Shown: positions 16,783 to 25,482, numbered from the stretch's first letter. The stretch: DNA of 32,000 bases from Nitrososphaerota archaeon (GCA_016871995.1 VHBL01000004.1:1-32000), one strand, 5' to 3'. Numbers and translations are program-made. The notes: generated by a model not told the origin, from the sequence alone.

Positions 16783-17100
16783 TTAGCGCGTTTTGAGTGC
16801 CTCAGGCAGGTATCCATTGATAAAAAGCCACTCTGCATGTGCATGTATGTATCTCCAGACTACATCAGCACGAGTTTTATCAAAATCCCATGGAGCAACT
16901 AATACAATATCGCCTTCCCTAATCCACATTCTCCTCTTCATTGTACCCCTTATCCTGCATAAACGAGTTTCTCCGTCTGTGCATTTGACAAGTAGATGGT
17001 CTCCTCCAGAAAGTTTGGTGACCTTACCAAGCACCTGCCCCACTTGTGGCATAACGAGCTCTTTAAGATCGGCTTCGCTTAGAACCTTTCTCTTGCCCAT
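16783..17100 (-). CDS. eif1a: Translation initiation factor aIF-1A
   Basis: 105 aa S1-like OB fold: GQVLGKVTKLSGGDHLLVKCTDGETRLCRIRG..RMWIREGDIVLVAPWDF. Confidence 0.9.
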   Translation of the reverse strand: MGKRKVLSEADLKELVMPQVGQVLGKVTKLSGGDHLLVKCTDGETRLCRIRGTMKRRMWIREGDIVLVAPWDFDKTRADVVWRYIHAHAEWLFINGYLPEALKTR

Positions 17101-17475
17101 GATATTTACCTTGCTTTATTCGGTCTTCTAAATATTTCATTTACGTCATCCGTCACCGTCTAATGTCAGAAACACTTTTCTGAGCGTGTGGCGATGGCAA
17201 GCTAGACCTTGCCATGGTCTTATTTAACTGTAATCATTTAGGGTTCTGTTAAGCCTCTTGGCTAGGTCAAAAGAGTTAACAGAACTCATCGTAACAAACA
17301 TCTTTAATCGAGAAATTTCCGCAAAGTGAAGTTCAGAAGAAACGGAGTCTGTAGCAACATTAGAATGCGTCTTATCGATTGTCCTAGTTATGGCTTCATA
17401 TCTCCTTAGATCGATGTTATAGCTTGTTGAATGCTAACAGAGTCAGTAACAACACTACACAAAAGCGTAAGTTCC

Positions 17476-17766
17476 TTATGCTGGTGGAACTGTAAGGATG
17501 AAGAGCCTCAAAAAGAAGGCTATCGTGAATGCCAGTATTATCGTTATTACCAGTGCCGCACCCGCTGCTGCAACCCCCTTAGGCGATGGAAGTCCATCTT
17601 TCAAAAGGCCGCTAGGAAATAGTATTACTCCTAGCAGGAGGCAGTATGCAGATATAGCGTGGAGGCCTTGTAAGAAAGTTTCCGCTATGTTTGCATAAGA
17701 AATCCATATCCCGACCACTCCGCCTGCGATTAAAAGGGAACCAGGTGTCATTAATTCCCAGTCCAT
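17476..17766 (-). CDS. Small integral membrane protein (about 3 TM), unknown function
   Basis: 96 aa with three long hydrophobic segments. Last gene of the co-directional oxidase cluster. Confidence 0.5.
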   Translation of the reverse strand: MDWELMTPGSLLIAGGVVGIWISYANIAETFLQGLHAISAYCLLLGVILFPSGLLKDGLPSPKGVAAAGAALVITIILAFTIAFFLRLFILTVPPA

Positions 17767-17811
17767 ATTCTCTACCTTTTACCCCGGTGCTTTTGTTTAA
17801 AATGTTTTCTG

Positions 17812-18699
17812 CTAACTTTGTCTAGCCAAACTTTTGTTAGAAATTCTTATGCAACTACCACCGAACGCTTGTGCAATATTACGCATGACCATGTAAGGCG
17901 TGATCAGTAATACAGGAATTGCTATAGATATTATCAGAAACTGGAACGGTGCTAGCGACAGCGCAAGTGTAGTCGCTCCTGCACCTCCTACAATGTTTGC
18001 AAGAAACAACCCTGCGCAGGTGGGGCATCCTGTAAAAAGACCAATTGCAGCTCCCAATCCAACACCCCAATTCTTAGAAATGGAAGGTCTGTTCTTCCAA
18101 GCAAAGTAGGTAAGCGAAACATTCAGTGCCACTAACCCTGAAACTATCACTAGAGTTAGGAGAGTCAGCGGTAATATCAGAAATCCAATATTTTCAGTTA
18201 GATAACCTACAAGGACTGGTATCTGGCCAGGAGGACCGCAGCACGGACTAATGACAATGCTCGGTATGTTTGCGTTATATACATCAGAAAACTTGATAGT
18301 TGGCATGTACACTATTATGCTTGTTACGAAACTGTAGAATGCGCCATATAGCAATGCTGCAAAAATGAATACCTTTGTAACTCCTCTGTAAGTGAAAATA
18401 TATGGAATAATGGAGCCTACGTTGTAAAGAATTTCATTTGCGTTTTTGACGATCGAGATTTTTCTCTTAATAACTCTGTACAAACCGATTGCTGATAGTA
18501 AAATTGCCCCAATAAGTATAAAGAAATACAGGTATGCTATTGTATTAAGGAAGAGTGATGATTCTGCTGATAGGATAGGGATTGAGGTTTCTACAATCGA
18601 ATAAACGCTTATGTCAATAGCAATTATCCATGCTCCGACCACGGTGATTATAGGTATCGAAGTGATTTCTCTTAGGTATTGTGTTAGGCTCTGCAACAC
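17812..18699 (-). CDS. Polytopic membrane protein with intramembrane Cys motifs (SPCCGPPG and GCPTCAG), unknown function
   Basis: 295 aa with about 8 hydrophobic helices and two Cys-pair motifs inside hydrophobic stretches, plus a C-terminal GGSC. Immediately downstream of the cupredoxin gene. Confidence 0.6.
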   Translation of the reverse strand: MLQSLTQYLREITSIPIITVVGAWIIAIDISVYSIVETSIPILSAESSLFLNTIAYLYFFILIGAILLSAIGLYRVIKRKISIVKNANEILYNVGSIIPYIFTYRGVTKVFIFAALLYGAFYSFVTSIIVYMPTIKFSDVYNANIPSIVISPCCGPPGQIPVLVGYLTENIGFLILPLTLLTLVIVSGLVALNVSLTYFAWKNRPSISKNWGVGLGAAIGLFTGCPTCAGLFLANIVGGAGATTLALSLAPFQFLIISIAIPVLLITPYMVMRNIAQAFGGSCIRISNKSLARQS

Positions 18700-18738
18700 T
18701 TTTGACTCGTGTGGTGAAAGATATGAGGGTTTTGCAGA

Positions 18739-19212
18739 CTAGCCCTCAACCTTGAATTCCCCCCACATGCCAAGGAGAGGATGCCCAGGTACTGGACAGA
18801 TGTAGTAATATGTACCGGGCGTGTCAACCTTGAATACGACTGAACTATCTGACTCTGGGGTAAGTGGTCTTGCGCCAGTTCCCACGTTACTTTTGAACAG
18901 AGTTGGCGACTTGTCGTCCTTTTCTTTAGTCACTGCAAAGGCGTGTGCAGTAGCCCCAACATTTTTGAAATTAACTTTAACAACATCTCCGCTCTTTACT
19001 GTAATGGTTGGACCAGGTGACACGATCTGCTGGCCCTGCAAAGCAAACCCAAACCCTCTTGAAGTTTCTCCCCCATCTATGGATATTACTGTTGTGGGAA
19101 TAGCGCTGGATACCTGAGCCTGAACTGGAAACATCAGCGACAGCGATATCCACTCGAGCCATATTCCGCCTACTATTAGTGCGATCAATGCTACTGCATA
19201 AGTACTCTTCAT
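18739..19212 (-). CDS. Membrane-anchored type-1 (blue) copper protein, plastocyanin/amicyanin-like
   Basis: 157 aa with an N-terminal TM anchor. T1Cu ligand pattern H (GATAHAF) ... C-x4-H-x4-M (YICPVPGHPLLGM). Confidence 0.85.
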   Translation of the reverse strand: MKSTYAVALIALIVGGIWLEWISLSLMFPVQAQVSSAIPTTVISIDGGETSRGFGFALQGQQIVSPGPTITVKSGDVVKVNFKNVGATAHAFAVTKEKDDKSPTLFKSNVGTGARPLTPESDSSVVFKVDTPGTYYYICPVPGHPLLGMWGEFKVEG

Positions 19213-19218
19213 TCTTTT

Positions 19219-19500
19219 CTACACTCCATGCAACGCGGTGATTGATAGCAGGCTCAGTGTAACAAGCAGTATCACTGCCACAAAGCCAAAGATCAAGAGC
19301 GACGAAATAGCCTTAGGCTCATCCTTAAGGTGCTGGAAGAACAGTGCAACGAGTACAGCTTTTACGCCTGCCAGGCCTATTATGGAAATGATAAGTAGCT
19401 GCCGCGGCATAGGTTGTCCTACCAGCATAAGTTCAAGAACAGTACTTCCCATTAATATCGCGAATATCACCGAATATATTATCACTCCCATTCCTTTCAC
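19219..19500 (-). CDS. Cytochrome oxidase subunit IV-like small membrane protein
   Basis: 93 aa, 3 TM. IIYSVIFAILMGSTVLE and KAVLVALFFQHLKDE resemble the prokaryotic COX4 family. Directly follows coxA. Confidence 0.65.
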   Translation of the reverse strand: MKGMGVIIYSVIFAILMGSTVLELMLVGQPMPRQLLIISIIGLAGVKAVLVALFFQHLKDEPKAISSLLIFGFVAVILLVTLSLLSITALHGV

Positions 19501-21921
19501 CTAAATTAAGTAGAATAGCGGGAAAAGGAATATCCAGATGATGTCGACTATGTGCCAGTATAACCCATAGTTATGTATCGCCTCGCTACCATGTTCACCC
19601 AAGTGTCTGCCTTTGAGGGCTCCTCCTACGAGGATGGCCATCGCAACGAGTCCTCCAATCACGTGCCCCCCATGTGCTCCTGTAGTTACATAGTAGGTGC
19701 TCATGACGACTCCACTGTCGAAAGTGTGTCCCTCGTGGAACAGTTCTTGCCATTCGGTTGCCTTGTTGTAGAGGAACCAGAGACCAAGGAATATTGTTGC
19801 TAGCAGCGATCCCACTAAGCCTGCTTTCGATTCTTTCTTTGAATATACTAGTGCCAATACCGCGGTAAAACTACTTGTGAGCAGAATAAATGTATTGATC
19901 GCACCGTGCTGTATTAGAAAAATTGTGTCAATTGCGGGCCAATCTGGTGTCCCTGCTCTTATGAAGATATAGGCACCTATGAACGTTCCAAATAGTATTA
20001 CTTCTGAAGCAAGAAATGTCCATACCCCCATTCTAACTCTTGCTACACTTTTGAACGGCCACCCCTCGGTTTCAGGGTCTTCATGTGATATGAATTTCTC
20101 TTTGGCAAAGCCATATAGCGCTAATCCTCCAAGTATGAATCCCATAAAGAGTATTGCGAGATACAGCATTCCCTCTATAAACGATGCCGCCGGGAGCAGA
20201 GTGATCCCTAGTATTCCAAAGATGAGGATAAACGCAGCTCCAGACAGTCCTATAGGCCAATGACTTATGTGGCTCTCCATTGTTGCATGCTCTGCGTGCG
20301 CGGAGCTAACAGTATGAGTTCCTCCATCAGCAAAAGTGGCGAGACCTGGTAAGTTCACCGTCCCGTCTGAAGAAAACCGTGGGATAACGTCAAAATCGTT
20401 CTGCGGAGGCGGTGAGGGAACTGCCCATTCTAGCGTCGAGCCATTCCATGGATTTGGTCCTGCAGATGCTCCTGTCTTCAGACTTTGGTAAAAGTTGTAA
20501 AGCATGATTATTTGTGCTAACCCAAAGACAAATGCGCCGATAGTTGACAAAAAGTTCGTGAACTCCCACTGAGGTTCCGTGAAAGTCACGATGCGCCTAG
20601 GCATCTCATAGTTCATGAACATCGGGAAATAGAGTAAAGTGAAGCCTATCACCGATAACGTGAAGTGAGCCTTGCCTAGCCCTTCGTCATACATCTTCCC
20701 AGTTATCTTTGGATACCAGTAATAGAATGCACCGAAGAGAGCAACAACGCCTCCACCAACCATTACATAGTGGAAATGTGCTACAACAAAGTATGTCCCT
20801 CGAAGCGCATAATCTAGGGCTACGGACCCCAAGTATACACCTGTTATACCACCTATAATGAATAGGACTATGGAGCCCAGAACAAACAGCATTGGTGTTT
20901 TGAGTCTAATCCTGCCCTTAACAAGCGATTCAAGCATGGCTATCGTTATAATGTCAAATGGTAAAGAGATAGCGATTGTACTCACAGTGAAGATTTTGGC
21001 CGCTAGCGGATCGTAACCAGTCACGAACATGTGGTGTCCCCAGACTCCAAAACTCAACAGGACTACGGCTATGAGTCCCATAAGGATGTATTTTCTACCG
21101 TAGAGCGGTCGTCTTGTAAATGTTGGTATGATGTCACAGACGGCCCCCACTGCAGGGAAAAGAACGATGTAAACTTCTGGATGGCCAAAGAACCAGAAAA
21201 GATGATCCCAAAGAAGCGCCCCTCCTTGCGGTGAGCCGAAATACATAGTGCCAAGCGTTCTATCCGCTACCAGCATAAGAGTTCCTGCGAGGAGTGATGG
21301 GAATGCATAAAGCATCATGAATACCGTTAAGAGGATTCCCCAAGAAAACATCGGCATATGCATAAGTTTCATGCCTGGAGCTCGCATCTTCATGATAGTT
21401 GTGATAAAGTTGACAGAGCCCAGTGTGATTGATACGATGAAGAGAATCAGGCCGCCGGCGAATATGCTGAGACCCGCTGTAGGCGTGAACCTAGCCGATG
21501 TTAGCGGAGAGTAGAGCGTCCAACCTGCATTTGGCAGAGTCGCAATAGAACTCATTAAGACCAGTACGCCACTAAAGAAGTATAGCCAATAGCTCAAAGC
21601 GTTGAGCCTAGGGAATGCAAGATCCCTTGCACCTATTTGTAGAGGAACGATCCAATTTGCAAATCCAAATGCAAAGGGCGACAAGAACCATAGTACCATT
21701 AATAGTCCATGTGTCGTAAATGCCTGATTGAATGCATCGCTTGTAAGGAAGTTATTGTTAGGTGCTGTAAGCTGCACCCTAAGAAGAAGTCCTAATACCC
21801 CTCCAACGAAGAGGAAGTATAGTGCTGTGACTATGTATAGTGTACCTATATCTTTATGATTAGTGGAGAATAGCCATCTCTGAATCGAGTAAGATGGCGG
21901 TAGCTGATGTCCCTCGCTCAT
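19501..21921 (-). CDS. coxA: Haem-copper oxidase subunit I fused to subunit III
   Basis: 806 aa with WFFGHPEVYIVLFP and WGHHMF (subunit I). The C-terminal ~230 aa carries a subunit III signature (YWHIVDIIWIFLFPLFYL). Confidence 0.95.
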   Translation of the reverse strand: MSEGHQLPPSYSIQRWLFSTNHKDIGTLYIVTALYFLFVGGVLGLLLRVQLTAPNNNFLTSDAFNQAFTTHGLLMVLWFLSPFAFGFANWIVPLQIGARDLAFPRLNALSYWLYFFSGVLVLMSSIATLPNAGWTLYSPLTSARFTPTAGLSIFAGGLILFIVSITLGSVNFITTIMKMRAPGMKLMHMPMFSWGILLTVFMMLYAFPSLLAGTLMLVADRTLGTMYFGSPQGGALLWDHLFWFFGHPEVYIVLFPAVGAVCDIIPTFTRRPLYGRKYILMGLIAVVLLSFGVWGHHMFVTGYDPLAAKIFTVSTIAISLPFDIITIAMLESLVKGRIRLKTPMLFVLGSIVLFIIGGITGVYLGSVALDYALRGTYFVVAHFHYVMVGGGVVALFGAFYYWYPKITGKMYDEGLGKAHFTLSVIGFTLLYFPMFMNYEMPRRIVTFTEPQWEFTNFLSTIGAFVFGLAQIIMLYNFYQSLKTGASAGPNPWNGSTLEWAVPSPPPQNDFDVIPRFSSDGTVNLPGLATFADGGTHTVSSAHAEHATMESHISHWPIGLSGAAFILIFGILGITLLPAASFIEGMLYLAILFMGFILGGLALYGFAKEKFISHEDPETEGWPFKSVARVRMGVWTFLASEVILFGTFIGAYIFIRAGTPDWPAIDTIFLIQHGAINTFILLTSSFTAVLALVYSKKESKAGLVGSLLATIFLGLWFLYNKATEWQELFHEGHTFDSGVVMSTYYVTTGAHGGHVIGGLVAMAILVGGALKGRHLGEHGSEAIHNYGLYWHIVDIIWIFLFPLFYLI

Positions 21922-22589
21922 GGTCTTGAAGCCTCACGAACCTGATGCTCAGCCTCTGCAGGCTTCGCCTTTGAATACCAGTCCTGAAATTCAGTTGGAT
22001 CCATAACTATGAGTTTTGTCTTCATATACGCATGGCCAACACCACAGAACTCAAAACATGCGATGTTGAACTCGCCTGTTTCTTTTGCAACAAACCAGAT
22101 TATGTTGGTCCTGCCTGGTATAGCATCCATCTTTATATTGAATTCAAGTATTCCAAAACTATGCGCGACATCAGGAGAAACAATTTTCAGTATTACCGGT
22201 TCATCCTTTGGCACTCTTAAGATGGTGTCCTCATAATTGTTTGGATAGATGAACTTCCAGCCCCACTGGAACGAATCCACTTGCACGTTAAGCGTACCAG
22301 CAGGAGGCGTGTTAAGCGTATCAATTGCACCGAATGTTCCGTTAAGCAGAAATGTCAAAATGATTATGGACATTGTTAAAGAAATTAAAACTGTCTTCAG
22401 GTGTCCTCTTTCTGCAGGAACCTTCCCAAGCATTGGAGCGTCTTGCGGTTCTGGTGTTTGCGAGCCTCTGTCCCTGTACTTAAGAATCAGTACTAGAAAT
22501 AACGTGATCACTACAACTCCTACAAGGATTCCAAGCCAAGTAAACAAGCTAAAGAGTCCTTGGAAAATTTCGGCAGTATTCGAAACCAT
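21918..22589 (-). CDS. coxB: Haem-copper oxidase subunit II (CuA)
   Basis: CuA ligands DVAHSF and CFEFCGVGHAYM, with two N-terminal TM segments. I prefer the ATG at 22589, since a TATA-like TTAAATAA lies 26 nt upstream. The ORF-track start is TTG at 22595. Confidence 0.9.
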   Translation of the reverse strand: MVSNTAEIFQGLFSLFTWLGILVGVVVITLFLVLILKYRDRGSQTPEPQDAPMLGKVPAERGHLKTVLISLTMSIIILTFLLNGTFGAIDTLNTPPAGTLNVQVDSFQWGWKFIYPNNYEDTILRVPKDEPVILKIVSPDVAHSFGILEFNIKMDAIPGRTNIIWFVAKETGEFNIACFEFCGVGHAYMKTKLIVMDPTEFQDWYSKAKPAEAEHQVREASRP

Positions 22590-22595
22590 AATCAA

Positions 22596-22701
22596 AAACC
22601 ACTACCTTTATTGGTTATTTAACAATTTCTGGTTTTCAGAAACACATCTGGTTTGCCATAATTCCCAGCTTTTTATATGCCTGCTCAGGGGGGGGGAATG
22701 C
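22596..22701. promoter_or_regulatory. Divergent coxB / ctaA promoter region with two TATA-like boxes
   Basis: TTTTATAT at 22671-22678 is 24 nt before the ctaA ATG. TTAAATAA (minus strand, 22615-22622) is 26 nt before the coxB ATG. The spacing implies leaderless or near-leaderless mRNAs. A G9 run lies at 22688-22696. Confidence 0.4.
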
Positions 22702-23139
22702 ATGATCAGCACAAGAACAGTGGCCACCATCACAGCGATAATGATCTACTGCCTTATGATAATCGGTGCGTTCGTCAGGACAAGCGGTTACGGGCTTGCT
22801 TGCCCGGATTGGCCTACATGCAATGGGCAGATAATTCCTGAGTTTACAGTACCTGTCCTATCTGAATATATACACAGGATCGTCGCTGCCTTTTCAACGC
22901 TTTTTGTACTAATAACAATGGTGCTCGCAGTGAAGAGACACAGGGGTAGCAAAATTGCCATGTTCGCAATTCTCAGCTTTCTTCTCATAATTGGTCAGGT
23001 TATTCTTGGAATGATAACAGTGCTTTCAGAACTAAATCCTCTGATAGGAACGGCTCATTTAGCTTTAGCCACGGCTGTATTTGGTTCAGCAGTAATTACT
23101 GCAGTGCTTGCACGCACGCTTCCGACAACTTCGGATTAA
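22702..23139 (+). CDS. ctaA: Haem A synthase, short four-helix form
   Basis: 145 aa from ATG 22702. CPDWPTC motif, with conserved His in YIHRIVA and TAHLALA. The upstream part of the 296-aa track ORF is antisense to coxB and is discarded. Confidence 0.8.
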   Translation: MISTRTVATITAIMIYCLMIIGAFVRTSGYGLACPDWPTCNGQIIPEFTVPVLSEYIHRIVAAFSTLFVLITMVLAVKRHRGSKIAMFAILSFLLIIGQVILGMITVLSELNPLIGTAHLALATAVFGSAVITAVLARTLPTTSD

Positions 23140-23279
23140 CCTTTTAAGCTTGGCTTTGTGCAGTTGGTAAAGAACTAATTTGTGGTTATTTCGCGTATTT
23201 GTTATCAATAAGCTTCAGCCAAGGCATTGCTTTAGACATGCCTTTATTGAAGTCAAACTATGATTATTGCGGGTGATTT

Positions 23280-24167
23280 GTGCTGTCATTGGAGCTGGCA
23301 ACTGACTACATCCGCATTTCCAAACTGAAGATAGTTTCCTTGCTCGACTTTGTTGCCATCGCAGCGTTGCTCGTGGCTGCCGGGAGTAACATTTCTATTG
23401 AAACCTTGGCTATGCCTCTTGTAGCACTGTTTGTTGCAGGAACACTTTCGTCTGCAGGTGCTGGTGCGTTCAACGCGTACCTCGATCGAGATATTGATGC
23501 CATGATGGCGAGGACGATGAACAGGCCAATCCCTCTGGGAAGAATAAACCCTCCAATCAGGGCTCTTCAGTTTGGAGTTCTGATGATAGGAATTGCTGCC
23601 GCAGTTTCACTGTCACTGCTTAATTTTTTAAGTACTATAATGATACTCTTAGGTGCTTTTACTTACATCGTAATCTATACCATATTTCTAAAAAGAAGAA
23701 CCACTTGGAACATTGTGCTTGGAGGGTTTGCAGGCTCTTTTGCCGCACTCGCAGGCTGGACTGCCGTACGTGATTCGATCGGAGGTGAGGCGATTCTTAT
23801 GGCACTTCTGATATTTTTGTGGACACCCAGCCACTTCTGGAGCCTTGCGATTCTGACAAATAGGGATTATCAGAACGCTGGTATTCCCATGCTACCTGCA
23901 ATAGTAGGAGAACGAAAGGCAAGTAGATATATCGTATTTAACACGCTTTTATTAATCCCCTTTTCGTTGCTATTTTACTTCTTGGGCTATAATGGCCAAT
24001 TGTACCTTGCGATAACGAGCATTGTCGGAGCATTGTTATTGGTTACCAACTTGAGGATGCTTAAGGAACCTAGTAAGGAGAACTCATGGACTGCCTTTAA
24101 ATTTTCTAGTCCGTATCTTGCACTAGTATTTACTGCTATGGTTCTCGACACGATATTTCGTTTCTAA
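23280..24167 (+). CDS. ctaB: Protohaem IX farnesyltransferase (haem O synthase), UbiA family
   Basis: 295 aa with NAYLDRDIDAMMARTMNRP and WTPSHFW motifs. GTG start, with a stop 2 codons upstream. Confidence 0.9.
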   Translation: MLSLELATDYIRISKLKIVSLLDFVAIAALLVAAGSNISIETLAMPLVALFVAGTLSSAGAGAFNAYLDRDIDAMMARTMNRPIPLGRINPPIRALQFGVLMIGIAAAVSLSLLNFLSTIMILLGAFTYIVIYTIFLKRRTTWNIVLGGFAGSFAALAGWTAVRDSIGGEAILMALLIFLWTPSHFWSLAILTNRDYQNAGIPMLPAIVGERKASRYIVFNTLLLIPFSLLFYFLGYNGQLYLAITSIVGALLLVTNLRMLKEPSKENSWTAFKFSSPYLALVFTAMVLDTIFRF

Positions 24168-24206
24168 AACTTATCAGAAAACGGGAATTTTTTTGCTTAT
24201 TCAAAA

Positions 24207-24214
24207 TTTATATA
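24207..24214 (+). promoter_or_regulatory. TATA box (TTTATATA) for the P1 stalk protein gene
   Basis: A consensus archaeal TATA element 35 nt upstream of the ATG at 24249, preceded by an A-rich BRE-like stretch. Confidence 0.5.
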
Positions 24215-24248
24215 GGCTCTAAATAGTCAGTTTCGAAAGGTAGACAAC

Positions 24249-24554
24249 ATGGAATACGTGTATGCCGCTTTGCTATTGCACAAGTTAGCGAAGCCTGTTG
24301 ATGAGGATGGAATTAAGAAGATAGTCTCAGCTGCAGGGGTTAAGCCTGATGATGTAAAGGTCAAAGCTCTAGTCTCCGCACTTGGTGAAGTCAATATCGA
24401 CGAAGCTTTAAAGAACGCAAGCATGGCAGCCACAGCCGCTCCAGTAGCTGCAGCGACCACAGCCCCAGCGGCAGAGGGTAAGAAGCAGGAAGCACCAAAG
24501 GAAGAAAAACCTGCAGAAGAAGCTCTCGAAGGACTATCAAGCCTGTTCGGTTAG
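24249..24554 (+). CDS. rpl12: Ribosomal stalk protein P1 (archaeal L12)
   Basis: 101 aa. [11 protein letters not shown].., an Ala/Pro-rich hinge and a Glu/Lys-rich tail ending [12 protein letters not shown]. It lies on the strand opposite to the L11-L1-P0 genes. Confidence 0.9.
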   Translation: MEYVYAALLLHKLAKPVDEDGIKKIVSAAGVKPDDVKVKALVSALGEVNIDEALKNASMAATAAPVAAATTAPAAEGKKQEAPKEEKPAEEALEGLSSLFG

Positions 24555-24560
24555 GAATAT

Positions 24561-24579
24561 CTCCCAGATGTCTTGGGAG
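24561..24579. terminator. Hairpin between the convergent P1 and P0 genes, followed by T-rich tracts
   Basis: CTCCCA-gatgtct-TGGGAG (6-bp stem), followed on the plus strand by TCTTTATTTT tracts. Confidence 0.35.
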
Positions 24580-24585
24580 CGCTGT

Positions 24586-24611
24586 CTTTATTTTAGCTCT
24601 TTATTTTAGCT
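24586..24611. repeat. Perfect tandem duplication, 2 x 13 nt (ctttattttagct)
   Basis: Read directly: 24586-24598 and 24599-24611 are identical. Confidence 0.8.
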
Positions 24612-24617
24612 TAAATT

Positions 24618-25481
24618 TTACGAGTAGCCTTTCTTCTTTGCCAGGTCCATTACTGCTATAGCCTTGACCTCGCTATCTGCAAGAACAGCTCCAATTGTAT
24701 CCTTTGATATATATCCAGCAACTACTGCAAGTGCCTTTGCACTCCTAAACGCTTTGCCAACTATTAACGGCGCACTTTCTTTTGTTACATATGCGCGTTC
24801 TACAGCAAGTCCCAATGCAGACCTGTAAGCCATTTGTAGCTCGTTCTGGTAAGCTATAGGGTCTATAGCGATATCCTTTGCATGGAAGAGCAGAGAGTCC
24901 ATGTAAGCGGTATTGATGGAAATTCCCGCCTTGATGGGCTTCAAGTTTAGCCTTGACAAGAGACCCGCTAACGGTGCAGAGATTACGTCGCCTGGCTTTG
25001 CGACAATTGTATCTTTTGTGACAAATATGCTGCCAGTTTCAATCTTGGCAGGAACTTTAGCCTCCTTGAATTCACTTAGAACAGGGCCTGGAGGAATACC
25101 GGTGTTGCCTGCAGGGATGAAAATTTCATCGGTAGCTATGTCGCCGGCTCTGGCTGGTAAGTTGACTCTTCCCTTCTGCAGAATTAGATAGAGCTTAAAG
25201 GGATCCATGTCGGTGAAAAGCAGTGCATTCTGTCCCCTCAACTCCTTGAGCAGTTCATCTATATTGGGAATCTTCATCTTTGAGAGGGCAATTCTCGTGA
25301 GAGTGTTCTTGGGAACGACTATATCGAGCTGGCTCCTGAACGACTTCTTAAGCCCCATTATTTGCGCTGCTCGTACCTTACCTATCTTTGCTACAGCTAT
25401 CACCTTGCGTTTTTTCGCAAGTCTAGTTACTCGTTCTATTCCTGCAACTTTCTTTGGCTTGTAGACTTTGGCCGCTTGCAA
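24618..25481 (-). CDS. rpl10: Ribosomal stalk protein P0 (uL10), without an acidic C-terminal tail
   Basis: 287 aa with an L10 N-terminal domain (KVIAVAKIGKVRAAQIMGLKK) and an archaeal domain II. It ends ..MDLAKKKGYS. TTG start, 1 nt after the L1 stop. Confidence 0.9.
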   Translation of the reverse strand: MQAAKVYKPKKVAGIERVTRLAKKRKVIAVAKIGKVRAAQIMGLKKSFRSQLDIVVPKNTLTRIALSKMKIPNIDELLKELRGQNALLFTDMDPFKLYLILQKGRVNLPARAGDIATDEIFIPAGNTGIPPGPVLSEFKEAKVPAKIETGSIFVTKDTIVAKPGDVISAPLAGLLSRLNLKPIKAGISINTAYMDSLLFHAKDIAIDPIAYQNELQMAYRSALGLAVERAYVTKESAPLIVGKAFRSAKALAVVAGYISKDTIGAVLADSEVKAIAVMDLAKKKGYS

Positions 25482-25482
25482 C

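Noticed and set aside
22249-22701. N-terminal 151 codons of the 296-aa plus-strand ORF
   Set aside because: This part is antisense to the coxB coding sequence and has no membrane-protein character. The CtaA homology begins at the ATG at 22702, which also has a TATA-like box at the right distance.
24227-24460. 77-aa Ala-rich minus-strand ORF that would put a gene co-directional with P0
   Set aside because: It is the antisense of the P1 gene. The plus-strand translation is a textbook P1 ([11 protein letters not shown] ... [12 protein letters not shown]), and the minus-strand product is low-complexity.
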